Source: an uncultured Acidobacteriota bacterium (lineage in GTDB: Bacteria; Acidobacteriota; UBA890). From it: a stretch of 59,976 bases of DNA. Where the stretch lies: assembly GCA_964455175.1 (NCBI GenBank), contig CAYVUW010000004.1, forward strand, positions 5,177-65,152. The letters are read 5' to 3'. This document shows positions 57,445-59,976 of this stretch, one piece after another. The number at the start of each line of letters is the position of its first letter. Position 1 is the first letter of the stretch. Both the position numbers and the translations under genes were made by a program. The notes under the pieces are model-generated. The model made no database searches and was not told the DNA's origin. It saw only the letters and a program-made list of their open reading frames with translations.

Positions 57445-59070
57445 TTGAACCTTGGAAGTCGGACATTTGTTGTAATGGTTGCATTCCTGGGCATGGTGGC
57501 GGTGGGCTCGCATGCTTTGCCCAATGCTTTTGGGGCGAAACAGGGAAGCTACGAGGACCTCCTTGAGCTATTCCGACAATTCAGGAATTTTCAGCGACCG
57601 GAAATCCAGACAACCGTGCCTGACTATTCCGCGACCACTATGGCGGAACAGTTTGTCGAGTTGCGCCAGTTTCAGCGCAGACTTGCCGATATCGACATTG
57701 ATGGTTGGTTGATTCATGAGCAGGTTGACTACCACCTGGTGCGGGCGGAGATGAACGGTATGGAGTTCCAGCATCGCGTGCTGGCTCCTTGGTCGCTCGA
57801 TCCGGGGTTTTACAATGATGTATTGCCACGCCTTGGTAGGGCACAGGATTTTCCGCTCAGTGAATCTAGAGCCGATGAGTTGCAAGTTCGTCTCAGGGCC
57901 GTCGCCGAGATAATCGAGCAGGCCAAGGTGAACCTTAACGACTTCTCCCGGATTGCCGCCGATCTCGGCACGCTTGCTGTCCTTTCACTGGGAGACACTC
58001 GTGAATCGTATGAGCAAATCGTCGCTGATCTTGCCGAGCACCATCCGGACTTGGTGGAGGATGGTCTTGAGGCCCTTGCCGCAATCGGTGACTACATAGC
58101 GTGGATAGAGAATAACAAGCGCCGAATGACTGCCCGGGCTGGGGTCGGCAAGGAAAACTATAGCTGGCTGATGAAAAACGTTTACCTCTTCCCGTACACC
58201 TGGGATGAGGTTCGTATGATCGTGGAACTTGAAGACAATCGTGTCAGGACTTTCCAGCGCCTTGAGGAGAATCGTAACCGAAACGTTCCTCCAATTGAGC
58301 CAGTTCAGTCACAAGCTGAGTACAAAGCTAGCGTCTCTGAGGCGATTGAGCATCTGATGGATTTTTTAGTGAAAGAACGAATTTTCACGGTGGATGACTA
58401 TTTAACACCGGATGGATACTTTGGCTCATGGCATGGATTCGACAATCCTTGGCCCGAAAAGCACGATTATTTCTTCAATTTTTCTCATCGCGAACCGCTA
58501 ATGGAAGAGACTCACGAGATGGTCGGGCACCATTTTGATGGGTTACGTTCACGGAATGACCAACGTGAGATCCGTGGTGGTAGACGGCCGTACAAGATTG
58601 GCACCGCGCGGGGAGAAGGGCTCGCGTTTGCACTTGAGGAACTGCTAATGCACGCCGGCTATCTTGACGGCAGGAACCCTCACGGACGCGAAATTACCTA
58701 TGAGCAATCTGCCTTTCGCACCGTCCGTGCCCTTTCGGACATCTATATGCACAGCGGCGATTGGAGCTATGAGGATGCGTATCAGTTCTGTGTAGAAAAT
58801 GCGCCCCACGGTGAATTGCTCGATGGCAGTCACCACCTATGGTTCGAACTTGATACCACCCTGAGAGGTGTGGGGCACCATATGCTCATGGTCGTTGGGA
58901 AGGTTCAGTTCATGAAGCTAATGAGAAATCGTGCCAACCAGCTCGGTGATGATTTCGTTCTCGAGGAATTCATGGACGATGTCCTCAACACCGGATCGAT
59001 TCCCTGGTCCTTAATTCGTTGGGAGATGACTGGGTTAGACGACGAGATCAAACAATTGACCGTGCAGTGA
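57445..59070 (+). CDS. Exported DUF885-like metalloprotein (THEMVGH)
   Basis: TTG start after GGGGAG; signal peptide. Motifs QVDYHLVRAEMNG, HEMVGH, GEGLAFALEE and SLIRWEMTG. Confidence 0.78.
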   Translation: MNLGSRTFVVMVAFLGMVAVGSHALPNAFGAKQGSYEDLLELFRQFRNFQRPEIQTTVPDYSATTMAEQFVELRQFQRRLADIDIDGWLIHEQVDYHLVRAEMNGMEFQHRVLAPWSLDPGFYNDVLPRLGRAQDFPLSESRADELQVRLRAVAEIIEQAKVNLNDFSRIAADLGTLAVLSLGDTRESYEQIVADLAEHHPDLVEDGLEALAAIGDYIAWIENNKRRMTARAGVGKENYSWLMKNVYLFPYTWDEVRMIVELEDNRVRTFQRLEENRNRNVPPIEPVQSQAEYKASVSEAIEHLMDFLVKERIFTVDDYLTPDGYFGSWHGFDNPWPEKHDYFFNFSHREPLMEETHEMVGHHFDGLRSRNDQREIRGGRRPYKIGTARGEGLAFALEELLMHAGYLDGRNPHGREITYEQSAFRTVRALSDIYMHSGDWSYEDAYQFCVENAPHGELLDGSHHLWFELDTTLRGVGHHMLMVVGKVQFMKLMRNRANQLGDDFVLEEFMDDVLNTGSIPWSLIRWEMTGLDDEIKQLTVQ

Positions 59071-59134
59071 ACCACACTCTGTTGACCTCCTTGTTTTCAA
59101 TGCCGCGCAGTTAACTAAATAGACGAATTAAGAA

Positions 59135-59976
59135 GTGACTACGACAACCTTTTCGTCACAGGAAATTGCACTAAAAGTTACGGCTCTGCTGTTTCTGGCA
59201 TCAACAGCCACAATGGCCTATGCAATACAGGACCAAGCTGTTGAGTCTTTCCCACTGATCGAAACAGGGGAGCAGGTGGTGGCTCCCCCGAATGGGACAC
59301 CTCTTTTTTACACGAAGTACATCAACGCTGGCGGTGTTGTCACCGTCTGCTCCGAGGCTGTGCCCGACGCTGCTTTAATTGGGGCTTACCGGACCTTCCT
59401 GCATTTGACGAGTCACCGGCCAGACGTTCTCGAAGCTATGCTGCAACACAAGCCCCGGATCTCGATCATGGGGCTATCGGAAACAGCTTCGAACTTGCCT
59501 GAATTCGGCCTCTCCAGTGATGGGCAATGGGGCCTCGGCCAAATGCCTGATTCGTCGACCAGCTTGGTGTCCGTGCGTGGTGTTTGCTACCCGGGTAATG
59601 GCGAGTACCGAGCCAATTTTCTGCTCCACGAGTTTGTCCATGCCATGCAAAACTTGGGCTGGCCGACAACAGACCCTCAAATTGAAGATGAGGTATGGGG
59701 GGCCTACGTAAATGCGGTTAAACAAGGTTATTTCAAAGCCCCTAGCAACGAACCGCTGGAAGGCATCACCCCGTTCGATGCGTTTGGGGACGACGAGTAC
59801 CTTACCCACAATGTGAACGCCTGGTTTGATCTGAACGAATCACTGCCTGGTCCCTGGGTGGATGTCCAGATCGGCGACAGTGGTCCCCCTTCAGGTACCC
59901 GCGCTCAACTCCGTGCCCGCGACCCACAGCTGTACAAAATCATCGGACGCTTTCTGCCTGATACTTTGGGAGATCT
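59135..59976 (+). CDS. Exported zincin-like metallopeptidase (HEFVH), 3' truncated; absent from the ORF track
   Basis: Manual translation of frame 2 from GTG 59135 gives MTTTTFSSQEIALKVTALLFLASTATMAYA...FPLIETGE...YRANFLLHEFVH...GDDEYLTHNVNAWFDLNESLPGPWVDVQIG, with no stop before the window end. Close paralog of 6654-7502. Confidence 0.85.
   Translation, partial: MTTTTFSSQEIALKVTALLFLASTATMAYAIQDQAVESFPLIETGEQVVAPPNGTPLFYTKYINAGGVVTVCSEAVPDAALIGAYRTFLHLTSHRPDVLEAMLQHKPRISIMGLSETASNLPEFGLSSDGQWGLGQMPDSSTSLVSVRGVCYPGNGEYRANFLLHEFVHAMQNLGWPTTDPQIEDEVWGAYVNAVKQGYFKAPSNEPLEGITPFDAFGDDEYLTHNVNAWFDLNESLPGPWVDVQIGDSGPPSGTRAQLRARDPQLYKIIGRFLPDTLGD

Noticed and set aside
1-59976. CRISPR arrays, tRNA/rRNA, IS elements, prophage or defence genes
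   Set aside because: No regularly spaced repeats, cloverleaf-like segments, terminal inverted repeats or matching proteins were found; the intergenic gaps are short and accounted for.

Overview
Bacterial accessory window with about 43 closely packed CDS (first and last truncated by the window edges). I found no rRNA, tRNA, CRISPR array, transposase/integrase, transcription regulator or outer-membrane receptor. About 30 genes carry by-eye Sec, lipoprotein or Tat export signals. The window is dominated by paralogous peptidase-fold families: 6 M24 (pita-bread fold), 4 M28, 3 DUF885-like, 6 zincin-like proteins of the ATLF/PPEP type (2 with RTX tails) and 1 CocE/NonD. Interleaved with them are 3 aldo-keto reductases, 2 Vps10/BNR propellers, an LVIVD propeller, a TolB-like propeller, a TRAP transporter with a serine racemase-type enzyme, an SSS symporter and a ureohydrolase. 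There are also sugar-oxidation components: TIM-barrel isomerase plus Gfo/Idh/MocA, a ThuA / pentaheme-PA14 cytochrome / propeller / DUF1080 operon, and a GMC flavoprotein with a Tat-exported small subunit. The most striking signal is that 13 of the 19 metallopeptidase-fold proteins carry substitutions at conserved active-site positions, mostly shared between paralogs: M28 EE to HE, M24 loss of the second-shell His, zincin HExxH to EExxH or EHxxH, and DUF885 HE to HT. This suggests an exported toolkit repurposed for non-standard chemistry or ligand binding. All family assignments come from motif recognition by eye; no database searches were run.
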